Positions 50,840-62,342 are shown, counted from the first letter of the stretch. The stretch: 64,000 nucleotides of DNA from Antedon mediterranea (GCF_964355755.1 NC_092673.1:14666948-14730947); one strand, 5' to 3'. Notes: generated by a model not told the origin, from the letters alone. Program-made: numbers and translations.

Positions 50840-52556
50840 GGCTGCGGTTGAACCTACCGCCGCCGCACCTGGTGGCGTCGACGACACGTCGACGCAAATA
50901 ACCACGATACTTTTCGACAAGATGGACGAATCCGTCAGCAGATACGGGGCCTTCCGAGTGGACAAGAAGGGACGCTTCGGAAACGTCAAGTCCAGCAAGG
51001 AAGATGTGCGAGTGGTGAAAAAGACTTTGCTCCACTCGAATTCCGCCGGCGACACAAAGAAGCCTGATCCGACCGGCAACAAGGAGGCGATGATACTCGC
51101 TCACGCCAAGACGGTCGCCAACAACCGAAAGTACATGCCGCTTCTTATCGACGTGACGTTCCTGAAAGGCACGATACTTTCCATCAAGATGAGCAACGAA
51201 GGATGCGATCTGGAAACGTTGCGTTACGTGCACTGCATCGTCCCTTGTGTGACTTTGTTGACGTCAAACATTTGCGAAGCCGTCGTTTTTCTGAACAAGA
51301 TCGGCATCGTTCACAACAACATTACGCCGAGGAACGTGACGTACAACAGAACGGAACATCACTTCAAGCTCGTAGCCTTCGATTCAGCCGAGTTCGCCAA
51401 ATTGGGAGCGACCGAGCTCGGAATTGCAGTCGATACGAAGAAAGGCCATCGTGCCATCGGAAAAGTTCGAGCCGGTTCTTTTGCGTGGAAGTACGTTCCG
51501 GAGGGAACTCTCGTCTGCTTGTCGGACGTTCGTCCCATGTACTCCTGCGTCAGGAGTCGATCGAAGTTGTCGAAAGTTCCTTACAGGGACATAAGTCACG
51601 TCATGTCGGACAGGCCGTCGAAAATGCTCAACAGATTTTCGGACGTGTTCGGTGCAACGATGACCGTGGCCACGACGCTGTCCGAAGACAATCGATCGGT
51701 TTCGTCTTTGCCTCAGTTGGAATACTACGACGTTAATTGCGAGAGAGGCAGAGAGAGAGAGGGGGGCGACAACGACAAGATCGAGGACCTTGTCAAAATT
51801 TGCAGGCACCTGGTCGACACGAGAGGCCCGACGAGCGACGTCGAACTTTCGTTTTGGCGTAACTACATCAACCCGAACTCCGCGCTGAGCCGTGCGTTGC
51901 AAAGACCTCCGAAAACCAAGGCGTTTTTGGACAAATTTGAAAACATTTTGGGCGCTCAGTTGGTCGGCGCCTTGAAACAATGTTTGAGTCCCATGCCCGA
52001 ACACCGACGGTTTAGGGATCTGTGAGAAGTGGTGGGACAGAAGGGTAACTCTCAACCGAAACCGAGGAAAGTGGACTTGAAGAAACTGTCGGTGAAACGC
52101 GTTTCCGAAAAAACGGTCTACCTGTCGTACGACGCAGAAATCATTGTAGGCGGCATCAAGTTCGGCAACGAAAGCAAAAACGGGAACGTCGTGGTCGTGG
52201 AACACGTTTTTTCCATGATCGACGACAGACACGTGTATGCTTCGTTCGCAATGACGGCGATCAGGTTGTGCCAGTACATCAAAGCAAGAATCATGGACAT
52301 TCCGCTGTACAACGAGGACGAGCGGAGACGTCTGTCCGAAGTTTTCGGATCTTCCGCAACAAGGACTCCAGACGGGAAACGAATGCTGGTCACCGTTGAC
52401 GATGATGCCCAACTGTTGTCGTCGATTAAGGCGTACAAAAAAAAAACGGCAACAAAATCTCGATCGAAAACAGACGGTTTACTTGGCGAAACGGTCCCTG
52501 GCGGCGAACCGAAGCGAGCGCACTTGCAGTCGCCTCTGGCTGAAGAAAATTCATGA
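50838..52556 (+). CDS. Divergent Ser/Thr kinase-like protein 1 (likely pseudokinase), with in-frame TGA at 52023-52025
   Basis: GRFGNV, VVKK, HNNITPRN, LVAFDSA; ORF 52029-52556 is in the same frame and aligns with the C-terminal domain of kinase 2. Confidence 0.8.
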
Positions 52557-52601
52557 CAAACATTTTTTTATCTTCATTTCTTTCTAATTTCAAAAACAAC
52601 C

Positions 52602-54704
52602 ATGTCAAAGAATAAAAATAATAAGAAAAAAAGAAAAAATAAAACGAAAAAGCAACACGCTGAAAATGCATACGAATCATTTCCATGTTCTTTGTCGTCG
52701 TCGTCGTCGTCGTTGCCGCTACCCGACAAGATGTCGTCTCCGTTCGTGTTACCGTCTCCGAATCCCACGTCCCCGAATCCCATGTCCAGTTACGTAGCTC
52801 GGTTGGCATCTTACAAGAATTGGCCCATCCAGAACGCCGTATCATCGATCTCCTTGGCCCAATCCGGATTTTACTACACCGGCACGGATGACAGCGTCAA
52901 GTGCTTCTCCTGCACGAGCGGTCTTAAAAGATGGCAGGCAGGGGACGTCGCAGACGTCGTGCACGGAAAATTTTCTCCCACCTGCGAATTTTTGTCGCAG
53001 AAACTCGCGGAAGCAAACCGTAGCAGCACGGGCAGCAACGATGCCGTCGTGAAGAATAAAACAAAAAAGCAAAACGCTGAAAACGCACACGAACCATTTC
53101 CACGTTCTTCGACGTCGTCGCTACCCGACAAGATGTCGTCTCCGTCCGTGTTACCGTCTCCGCCTCCCACGTCCCCGCCTCCCATGTCCAGTTACGTTGC
53201 TCGGTTGGCATCTTACAAGAATTGGCCCATCCAGAACGTTGTGTCGTCGATCTCTTTGGCTCGTTCCGGATTTTACTACACCGGCACGGATGACCACGTC
53301 AAATGCTTCTCCTGCACGGGCGGTCTTAAAGGCTGGGAGGAAGGGGACGTCGCAGACGTCGAGCACGGAAAGTTCTACCGGACCTGCGAATTTTTGTCGC
53401 AGAAACGCAAGGAAGCAAACCGCAGCAGCACGATGCCGTCGTGACTCGGGTGGAGATCGCCAGCATGTCGTCATTGTGGAGCAGATTGGCAACCTACAAA
53501 AACTGGCCGGCAAAAAAAAAACGGCGTCGCGCCTTATAGTGCCATGGCTCGCTCCGGATTCTACTACACCGGAGTCGGCGACTGCGTTGAATGCTTCTGT
53601 TGCCGCGGTCAACTGAAAGGATTGAAATCTGGAGATAACGTGGAACAAGAACACGAGAGACTTTACCCGCACTGCGGCTACTTGCCGTCACGTCGCAACG
53701 CCTACCGGGTCGACGACGGCACCACGAACAAACAAACGTCGTCGTCGTCGTCGTCGTCGGTTCTAAAAATTTGCTACCCTAAATTCGCCGACTTGCACGA
53801 AAGACGACGGACATTTGCACGCTGGAAGATCCCTGCGGCAGGCAGAATTGCAGAAGCCGGGTTCTTCGCGATCGACGTCGAGGCGGGTCGTGCAGCGTGC
53901 TACAACTGTGCCGTCGTGCTGGACTTCCGGTCGACCGATGAAAGATGCGACCCGTTGTTCGAGCATGCAAGATTTTATCCGTTTTGCGACCTGTTGATTC
54001 AGACTAAAGGTACCGCCTACGTAGAGTACGTCAGAAATGCGACGGAGAGAGCGGTCGAGAAGAAATGTGACGTAAAGCCCGTTCCCGAGTTGTTTGAAGC
54101 ACTTTCGCTGCACGTCTCCTCCGAAGGCGCAAACAAAGTTCACTCGAGTGGTCTCTGCAAAATAGATGGGTGGAAAGAGAAGGAAAAAGAAGAAGATGAA
54201 GAAGAAGAAGAAGAGAAGAAAAAAGGAGACGTATGGAAAAACAAGACAACGTCTGCCATCACCGTCGCCTGTCTATTGGAAGAGGAGATGAAACGTAAAC
54301 CCATCCAGCAGGTCGTAGAGATGGGCTACACCATCGACACCGTGGAAAACGTTGTGCTGCAAAAATTGAAAGAAGGCAAACATTTCGATTCTGTCGTGCA
54401 GTTGTTCGACGCCGTGACGACCCAACTCGCTCAGAAAGAGGACGGCGAAAAAAGTGCGGAGGTAGTGGCAAAGCCGCCTGCCCACGCTTCCGACTCGAAA
54501 GATAAGAGCATCGTCGATTTACGTTCTAAGGTGACGCAACTTCTAGACCAACGTCTTTGCAAGGTGTGCATGGAACAGGATTCGAACGTTTGTTTTCTTC
54601 CCTGCGGTCACATTTCAGCCTGCGAATCTTGCGGCCGACAGCTTTCAGAGTGTCCGATCTGCAGAGGCGTTATCGACACACAAAAGAAAGTCTTTCTGGC
54701 TTGA
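52602..54704 (+). CDS. iap: Inhibitor of apoptosis (4 BIR + UBA-like + RING), split by indels near 53430 and 53515
   Basis: Four RL.S/TY..WP..A..GF..C..C..H..C repeats; PIQQVVEMGY UBA-like; LCKVCM..FLPCGH..C..C..CPICR RING; no introns. Confidence 0.92.
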
Positions 54705-54842
54705 ATCGAACAAAGAAACAGGATCGCCTCTTCTCTGCTTTTCGCCGTCGTTTGAAACGTATTAGCATTTTACAACACACGCGGAAGGGATTCAGTCGTT
54801 CATTCGTCTTCGGTGCTGGGAGGAAGCACAGTTCAAAAACCG

Positions 54843-54863
54843 CACACACACACACACACACAC
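54843..54863. repeat. (CA)n microsatellite
   Basis: About 10 CA units. Confidence 0.9.
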
Positions 54864-54886
54864 TCGAAAGGGTGAGGAAAAGCAAC

Positions 54887-57166
54887 ATGCAGTCAACCGA
54901 TCGTCAAACGAGATACGACGACGATTACCAACGGTACAAAATCGACCAGACAAGACGACACGTCGACGATCGAACGCCTCGAGAACACGATCGTCGAAGA
55001 AGAAGACACGTCGACGATTGAACGCGCCCCGAACACGATCGGAGAAGACGACACGGCGACCACGACGTTAAAAAGACGGAACACGATAGGCGAAGGTCGC
55101 TCCAGAACGAAAATCAGATAACAAGCCGCAGCAAAGGCAAAGCTCGGAGGACCGACGATCGTCGACGGGAACGCGACGGCAAAAATTGGACGGAGGAAGA
55201 ATGGCGAATGACATCCGGTCGACGCGGAGACGGTTCTACCGAGGAACGGCCAAAAAAAAAACTCGACGCGGGTGCGGCGACCACGAAGCGGACCCTGGAG
55301 AAGCGACGCACGTCGTCACATCCGACGACCGATTACGTCAGGCCCTCCAAGGAGTTCAAAACGTCGAACGTGCCGTCTCCTCTTCTCGTGTCGTCTCCTC
55401 TTCTTATGCCCCCTCCTCCGGTTCCGAAACCGAGGGCCGCCGCCGCCGACAGACAAAACGACATCGTAAAGACGATAAGTTACGCAAAATTGCCAAACGA
55501 ACCCTCCAGACGAGGCTTGTTCTTGGTGAACGACAAAGGCACGTTCGGGCAGGTCAAGTCTGTCGAAACCGAAGCGTCCTTGGTCGAAAAGAGACGTTTC
55601 AAAACATTCGATCTGCTCGACAGGCGTCAGAGCCTCACTTTCAACAAAGAGACAATGATTTTGGCGTACGCAAACGACAAGGTCTGCAACTCCAAACGGT
55701 ACGTGCCGACCATAACTCAAGCCACCATCGCAGACGGAGTGGTGCAGACCATACGCACGACGAACGAAGGGTGCGACTTGTTCACGCTGAGATTCAAGTT
55801 CGGCTTGCTGCCGTCCGTCAGAAGACTGTACAACCACATGAACGCTGGCATCAATCACCTGAGGAACATCGGAATAATGCACAACGACATAACGACGAAG
55901 AACGTGACGTACAACAGAGTCAAAGATCTGTACGTCCTGATAGATTTAGGTTCGGCCGAGTTCTGCGAGAGGAACGTCGAATCGCTGGGAATAGAATTGA
56001 CGGAAAAAGATTCCAAAAGTTTCGGAGGGATCGGAAAAGTTCGAAAAGGCTCCGCCGTTTCAAAGTACATTCCGCCCGACACCGAGATCTACATCATGGA
56101 CGCGGACCCTAAAATGGGCAGCGTAAGAAGTCCTTACAAACTCGTGACGACGTCTTCCAGAGACGTGAGCCACGTCATGACGGACAGGCCGATCAAGATG
56201 TTGTCGCCCAAGTCCGATCTCTACTCGGCTGCGATAACCGTGGCGGCCATGCTCGACACCGAAGCTGTGCGGCCGTTGAGGAACGTCGACTATTCGGACA
56301 TGCTCGTCGTGAACGCGGTCGGCGGCGACCATCTCGAACTTCGTGATGCGGCCGAGAAGAAAGTGCACATAATGCAGGTTCTTCTTGGCGCTTGTCGGCA
56401 GCTGGTGGAACTGAGAGGCGGCATGACGGAACAGGAGGCGACGTTCTGGTACACGTACATCAACTCGGATCCGAGGATCTGCAAAGCTCTCTCCTCGAAG
56501 CCGTCCGATCCCGTTTCCTTGTTGGATCGGTTCCGGAACGTGCTCGGCGAACGGTTCACGAACCGGCTGAGGAACAACCTGAACCCGATTCCGGAGAAGA
56601 GAAAGTTTTACGTCGATGACGTCGTCTACAAAGTCGATCAGAGGACCAGAGTCGAGTCGTTTGACAGTTTGGCGGTGGTGTTTTCCGCAAAAAACCTTGT
56701 TCACTTACTCTACAGAGAAGAGGGCATCGTGGTGGGAGACTTGAAAGTTCGACAGTTGCAGAACGAAAAAGGACAAGCGACGAAAATCGCCTTCGTCGAT
56801 CACGTGGAGCTCATGGTCGACGCACCCGATCTGCCGATGTCGTTCCTCGCATCGGCGCTCTATCTGCTGTCGTTATTCGCAGAAACGGTCGTGTTTGCCA
56901 CGTACAACGACCGGGAACGTCAGTCTCTGGCCTCCATGTTTTCGGAACATCGACGCACTTCCAACGGAGACGTGCTGGTGAAGGTGGACAACAGCATCCG
57001 GAGGATCCAGGTTCTGAAAAAAGGTGTGAAAAAACCATCCCGATTGCAACAGACGGCGAGGAAAAATACGATCCGTGCCATCTTTCAGGAAGTGTTAAAA
57101 CCGGAGGTGCGCCCGATTTCGCCCATACACTCGCCCCGGAAAGTAAAGGGCCCGGAACAATCATGA
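54887..57166 (+). CDS. Divergent Ser/Thr kinase 2 with R/D-rich N-terminal extension; in-frame TGA at 55019-55021
   Basis: GTFGQV, HNDITTKN, LIDLGSA, SDLYS; frame is open from ATG 54887 to 57166 except for one TGA. Confidence 0.85.
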
Positions 57167-57930
57167 CGTACACAACCGTTCAATCCAGTTGCAACAGAGC
57201 GTCGATGAACTTCTTCCTGGTGAACGTGGTGTCTTCGCAAAACATCGCGCATCGATATCCGTACGACACGCGCGAGACGGCGCAATCCATCCACATGAGA
57301 GGCACGAAATTGCAAGACGACATGATAGAATTTCAATCGCCTCTGAAAAGAGGATCGACCGCGCTGTATTTCGTTTCCACAGGATCGACGAACATCACGA
57401 CGAGGGGTAACTTCAACGTGAGAACGAAAACTTCGCTCAACTACCAACTGCAACAGGCGATAACTTGGAGAAAGTACAAGAGCGTACCTATGCACATTTC
57501 GACAAACAACCTGAACCATGCAGGTAGGATGTACGGCGTGCTGGACGATCCGTCTGATGTCGTCGAACGTCTTAAGCTTTTGGAATCTTTGACGGTCGAC
57601 AGCAACGATCTGTTTCCGTCGGTCAAGTTCACCATCCCGTACCACGTGGACGGACGAACGAGAAAGTTCCAGTTGTTTTCTCTTTCTCTTTGCTGCAACA
57701 CTCAGTTTCAGGCGGTCGCTTCTCTCAAGCAAACCGGTCGCACGTTCCTCGACATGATATTAAGGCACGTCGACAAATTCGATTCAGAACTGTCCCGAAA
57801 GTGCATTGCAGAGGAGCTGGATTGTGGCGAACCGTTGAACGATCGAAGGCTGCTGGAGATAAGTCCGTCGAACCGTCCGATCTGCTGCAAAAGGTCCGGT
57901 TGCAAACGCAAACGGTACGTCACAAAGTGA
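57163..57930 (+). CDS. Hypothetical protein, 255 aa
   Basis: Start overlaps kinase 2 stop (ATGA); basic Cys-rich C-terminus CCKRSGCKRKRY. Confidence 0.7.
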   Translation: MTYTTVQSSCNRASMNFFLVNVVSSQNIAHRYPYDTRETAQSIHMRGTKLQDDMIEFQSPLKRGSTALYFVSTGSTNITTRGNFNVRTKTSLNYQLQQAITWRKYKSVPMHISTNNLNHAGRMYGVLDDPSDVVERLKLLESLTVDSNDLFPSVKFTIPYHVDGRTRKFQLFSLSLCCNTQFQAVASLKQTGRTFLDMILRHVDKFDSELSRKCIAEELDCGEPLNDRRLLEISPSNRPICCKRSGCKRKRYVTK

Positions 57931-57972
57931 AAAACTTTTGTGTTTTTTTGTTTTTTGTTTTTTGTTGTTGTA

Positions 57973-58206
57973 ATGTCAGACTCTCCCGAAGAGTACTTAC
58001 CTGTGAAAAACATTAAGATCCAGAAATTGGACTTTAGAAACTCTTCTTTGTACATGAGAAGACGACCGATCAAGGTATTTCAGAACGTTGGAAATGTCGC
58101 TGAACCTGTCCAGAAGAAAGATTATTTTACAAGTAATAACGGACTAAGGAATCATACCGAAAAAGCTGGCGATTCTTTCCCGACGGAGAAAAACGACTCG
58201 AAATAG
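57973..58206 (+). CDS. Small hypothetical protein
   Basis: 77-aa ORF bounded by T-rich and A-rich spacers. Confidence 0.4.
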   Translation: MSDSPEEYLPVKNIKIQKLDFRNSSLYMRRRPIKVFQNVGNVAEPVQKKDYFTSNNGLRNHTEKAGDSFPTEKNDSK

Positions 58207-58371
58207 ACAGGGGCAAAAAAAAAAAAACATTTTAGAAAAACAACTATAACTGATTAAATAGTAAACATTTTACAGTATATTAATACAGAAATAGACTTGC
58301 AAGAAAAGAATAATATTTACAAAATTCACAGAAAAAAAGAAAAGAAAGGGGAAAAAAAAAACAACACAAGA

Positions 58372-58596
58372 ATGAGCACAAACATATACATTGAAATGCC
58401 GGTCTTCCACATGGAAAGGGTTCTGAAAGTGCTACGCCTTAAAAAAAAGCAACACAGCGGCAACGACGGCGATGCGGATGAAAAAAACAAAAAAGACTTG
58501 TGCGAAGTGATCGACAAAATAGAGAGATTGATAGATTGCAAAGCAGAAAGTGAAAATACTTTATCTTCTAAATTTAAGAAAATGATGGTCGTTTGA
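58372..58596 (+). CDS. Small hypothetical protein
   Basis: 74-aa ORF after an A-rich leader, AATAAA directly after the stop. Confidence 0.45.
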   Translation: MSTNIYIEMPVFHMERVLKVLRLKKKQHSGNDGDADEKNKKDLCEVIDKIERLIDCKAESENTLSSKFKKMMVV

Positions 58597-58692
58597 AATA
58601 AAAGGAAATTGAAATTTATATACATATATGTGTTTTTTATTTTTTTTCTTTTGTTGTTGTTGTTGTTGTTATGTTTCACAAGAATCTTTCTT

Positions 58693-59883
58693 ATGGACTT
58701 GTTCAAAGAGAGACCTGTGTTGAAGTTGGGATTGCCTCAACCTGCCGTGCAGGTCAGGTGGTCAAAGATAATGACAGTCGACCCTAGACATTTCAAGTCG
58801 TACGACTACGACGACTACGACGACGACGGCAGCGGCGGTGACAAGGGCAACGATTACGGAAGGCGTTATCTGACCGGTCGTCTCTGGTTGACCAGAATCA
58901 AAGATTACACAGACTACACGACGCTTTCCCGAACTCTGCAGTCTCTGGACAATTGGAGCGTGTTTGTGAGAAGCGGCAACCCCTCTCCAACGTTCCAGTG
59001 GTACTTCGACGGAAGGCGTTACGGATCCGACAACCCTTACTTCGAGCTTCTGATGAGAATATTGAGGCATCTGTGTCTGTCGTACAACAGATCGCTACCG
59101 TTGTGTCCGAAGAACGTCGCTTGCGCAGTCGAAACCTGCCTCGACAATTTGGCCAAGACGGAAGGTGGCGTAGGCAGAAGCGGCGTGCATTTGGGCCCGC
59201 CTCCGATGTTCGTCGGGCACGACAGACGACAGATCGGATGGCTTAACGCAGACTTCTTCTCTGCCCTTTTAACCCTGGAAACCTCGCAACGACTGATGGT
59301 AGGTCTGGCCGATAGATCTTCCCGTCTCGTTTTCGAAGGATTGCAAACGACAGAAAGCATCCTGAATTTCGAGTTGGCGGAAGTGGAATTCTTCGAATTT
59401 GTCGAGGACGTCGTGGAAGACGCAACGAACCCGTTGAGAGACTGGTGGGCGTACGGAAAATATTTCAATTCCGTCTCGGCCAAATTCGTCCGTCCTCTGA
59501 GGTTACTCACCGAGGTCAAAGAAAGACACACCGCTTTCACGACGGACTCGGACGTGTTCCTGCCAAGCGTTTGGAAACGGTTGAGAGCGACCGGGACCAC
59601 GTTGCCTTCTTGCATAACCGAATCGACCGTGTTGCACGAAACGGACAGGAAATGCAAGGAAAAGGTGATTTCGCTTTTTCTAGGAGAACACCTAGAGCCT
59701 GTCGAAGACGATCTCGCCGTAGACGAAAACAAGATAAGAAGGGAGAGGTTGAAACGATGCATGAACGACGAGATCGACGAACGACCACCCAAATTTCTCG
59801 ATTCGCCGTTTGTTTCAGGGAATCTACTGCTCGGCGTAAAAGATCTGGACGTGACCGTGATTTGCGGATGCGCAATACTTTGA
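58693..59883 (+). CDS. Hypothetical protein, ~396 aa
   Basis: ATG 58693 (MDLFKERP); GC-rich ORF exactly filling the gap between two AT-rich spacers. Confidence 0.75.
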   Translation: MDLFKERPVLKLGLPQPAVQVRWSKIMTVDPRHFKSYDYDDYDDDGSGGDKGNDYGRRYLTGRLWLTRIKDYTDYTTLSRTLQSLDNWSVFVRSGNPSPTFQWYFDGRRYGSDNPYFELLMRILRHLCLSYNRSLPLCPKNVACAVETCLDNLAKTEGGVGRSGVHLGPPPMFVGHDRRQIGWLNADFFSALLTLETSQRLMVGLADRSSRLVFEGLQTTESILNFELAEVEFFEFVEDVVEDATNPLRDWWAYGKYFNSVSAKFVRPLRLLTEVKERHTAFTTDSDVFLPSVWKRLRATGTTLPSCITESTVLHETDRKCKEKVISLFLGEHLEPVEDDLAVDENKIRRERLKRCMNDEIDERPPKFLDSPFVSGNLLLGVKDLDVTVICGCAIL

Positions 59884-60055
59884 CAAATTGACAAACAAAA
59901 GAATACAAAAAAAAACTGTTAAACAATATTTTTGGTTTTTTGTGTTTTTATTTCCTTCGACCATTTATTTATTTATTTTTTTTTCTTCTTCTTCTTTCGA
60001 AAGTAGACTTAAAACTATTTTTTTATTTATTTATTTTTTTTTTGGGGGGATTATT

Positions 60056-62161
60056 TTACGCTTCATCTTTTGCTGTGTAGTTCCATGCCTTTCCGCAGAA
60101 TCGGTGTGCGTCGCAACACAAAGCGTTTGTACATCTTACGATGAATAATCTCCTCTCCCCGTTTTCGGGATCTACGCTTCGAAAGACCGGTTCGTTTTTT
60201 CTAACCTGTCGCTCTTCTTCGGCGGTCGACACCTTCACCGTGGAACAGCAACTGCCACTGAACAAATTCCACCCTCCGCAGAGCTGCAGCTCCTTCCGGG
60301 GCAGGTGCGTCGGAATCTTTTCCAAAGTATCTTTGATCTCCTTCAACCGATGCAATATGCTCGTTCGGCAGTCCCCTGCTTCCGCGTTCCAAATGATTAC
60401 GCTCAAAACGTTGCTCTTGTCGAGTTGGCAAAATTTTTTCAGCTCTCGGATCAAGTGCTCGACTTCCACAGTCGGATGGATGCACGAATGCGACAGCGGA
60501 TGATAGAAAACGCCTCCGTGTTTCAGGTGGTAAGGCGTCTGTCTGTAGCATCCGAGGGCGGCGCAAATCTTTTTGAATCTGTGAGAGTTCGTCTCATGTT
60601 TGCCCTTTCGAACGACGTCCCGGACCTCGATCGCTTCGTCGTCCTTCAGTTCGTCGACGACTCGACAAAATTCTTTTACGCAACAGTCTACCGCCGTATT
60701 GCTGTCTCCGATCCTCAGGGCTATGTCGATCATGACCTGTTCCAGTCGAGACACGAATCTTTCGACGCCGGGCCTCGTCATCCCTGTGGTGCTCACCCTC
60801 CCGTCGGCATGGAGACACGCATACCTGTTCTTCTTGTCCGTCAGCAGCAAGCCGCGAAGCGTCTCCCTGTGTTTGAACCTTTGAAAGCTTCCTTCGCCCA
60901 AGACTCGGGTGAATTGCTCTTCCAGCTCCTGTCTCCCGCCTGGAACTATGTCCAAAAACAGCGAGTCGGTGTCGCCGTACAGCACCCGAGCACCGTTTTC
61001 TTCGGCGCAATTTTTTAGCGCGTTCAGTTGTTCCCTGCACTTTTCCGTCACGTGGTTGTAAAGGCTTTTCTTGCCAGACGTGCACAGACATCCGACGCAT
61101 GCATTGGCCGCTTGTTTGTACGCGGCGGAGTTCTGGGGAGTGATGTTTTTTCCTTCTCTGGCCGACACCAGTCTTTTCATGACGGACGGAAGCAGACCTT
61201 CTCGTACTTCGGCGTCGACGAAAGAGCCGTCTTCGAGAGCCGTCGACTCGTCCACGTTTTTGTCGATGATGAACCTCGGATAGCAAGACTGAAAGTCGTA
61301 CACGTCGACGTCTCTGTGAATGCCGGACACGGTGTCCAGCACCAGGCCACCTCTGCACGTTTCGTCTTCGTTGACGCTTCCTTTGGGCTTCGGGTCCGCA
61401 TTGCTCCTCGGAAACACCACACGCTGACGCTGCGCTTCTCTGCACAGCACCGACGAAAGGACGCCGGTCGACGATCCGTTGGAGAACTTTCCCACTATTC
61501 TGGACAAGTTCGTCTCGATTTCGACCAATTTTTTCGCTTCCACCTCCGACACGTAGCGTTCCAGCACGCAAACGTCGTCGTCTAGCTTTTTCGCCGACAA
61601 GCTCGCCGCTAGCTCGTGACAAGATTCGTAACCGACGTAATCGTAGACGGAGTCGTTGTCGCCGCCCGCCGGCGACCGTACGTGTTTCGAAGTGTCCAAG
61701 CACACGGGGAACCCGTCAACGGCAAGGGTTACCTCGCACACCCGACATCTGGCGACGATGCTGTCCTTGACCCGACCACCGTGATACACGAACACGTCGG
61801 CAGATTCGATCGACTTTGCGATTTCCGACAGCGTGTCGATCTCTGCATTTTCGCCGTGCAGTCTCTTTCCGTCGGACAGCATCGCCGAAATTATTTGACC
61901 GTTCACGTCCCACCTGAGAACTACGCACAACACCGACAGTCGCACCGGGTGAACGTTCTGTCGTTCCAAGTGGATCTGCTCGTCGTACGTCAAGCTTTCG
62001 ACGTTGCCGTCTTCGTCTTCGGAGTAACTGTGCCAAGCGCATCCGTGAACCCCGACCGCGCACTGAGCGTCCAGGTCGCCCACGGACGAGGGGAGGTTGC
62101 CGAAGAGGTTGTCGACCTTGATGCCGTTCCTTTCGTCGGTCGTGAGCCTCCTGTACTTCTT
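60056..62161 (-). CDS. polB: Family B DNA polymerase, compact and divergent (5' end probably on another exon)
   Basis: GGLVLD..YDFQSCYP (motif A), KQAANACVGCL (motif B), VLYGDTDSLF (motif C), LLLTDKKNRY; frame open from 62161 with no ATG at its start. Confidence 0.92.
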   Translation of the reverse strand, partial: KKYRRLTTDERNGIKVDNLFGNLPSSVGDLDAQCAVGVHGCAWHSYSEDEDGNVESLTYDEQIHLERQNVHPVRLSVLCVVLRWDVNGQIISAMLSDGKRLHGENAEIDTLSEIAKSIESADVFVYHGGRVKDSIVARCRVCEVTLAVDGFPVCLDTSKHVRSPAGGDNDSVYDYVGYESCHELAASLSAKKLDDDVCVLERYVSEVEAKKLVEIETNLSRIVGKFSNGSSTGVLSSVLCREAQRQRVVFPRSNADPKPKGSVNEDETCRGGLVLDTVSGIHRDVDVYDFQSCYPRFIIDKNVDESTALEDGSFVDAEVREGLLPSVMKRLVSAREGKNITPQNSAAYKQAANACVGCLCTSGKKSLYNHVTEKCREQLNALKNCAEENGARVLYGDTDSLFLDIVPGGRQELEEQFTRVLGEGSFQRFKHRETLRGLLLTDKKNRYACLHADGRVSTTGMTRPGVERFVSRLEQVMIDIALRIGDSNTAVDCCVKEFCRVVDELKDDEAIEVRDVVRKGKHETNSHRFKKICAALGCYRQTPYHLKHGGVFYHPLSHSCIHPTVEVEHLIRELKKFCQLDKSNVLSVIIWNAEAGDCRTSILHRLKEIKDTLEKIPTHLPRKELQLCGGWNLFSGSCCSTVKVSTAEEERQVRKNEPVFRSVDPENGERRLFIVRCTNALCCDAHRFCGKAWNYTAKDEA

Positions 62162-62342
62162 CTATACCAAAACATGATAACAAAAAAAAAAAAAAAAAAA
62201 AAAATGTATAATATGCGAGGAAAGCACGAACAACGCTGGACCTTCCTCAAGTTGGTTACGTTCTCTCAACCCCACGGCATTATATAGTAGGATTTAAATC
62301 TGTAGAATGTATAGAGTCTGGCCGAATAACAAGCATCCAAGA

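Noticed and set aside
60056-62161. Polinton/Maverick interpretation of the PolB
   Set aside because: No protein-primed PolB features, and no integrase, ATPase, protease, capsid or TIR in view
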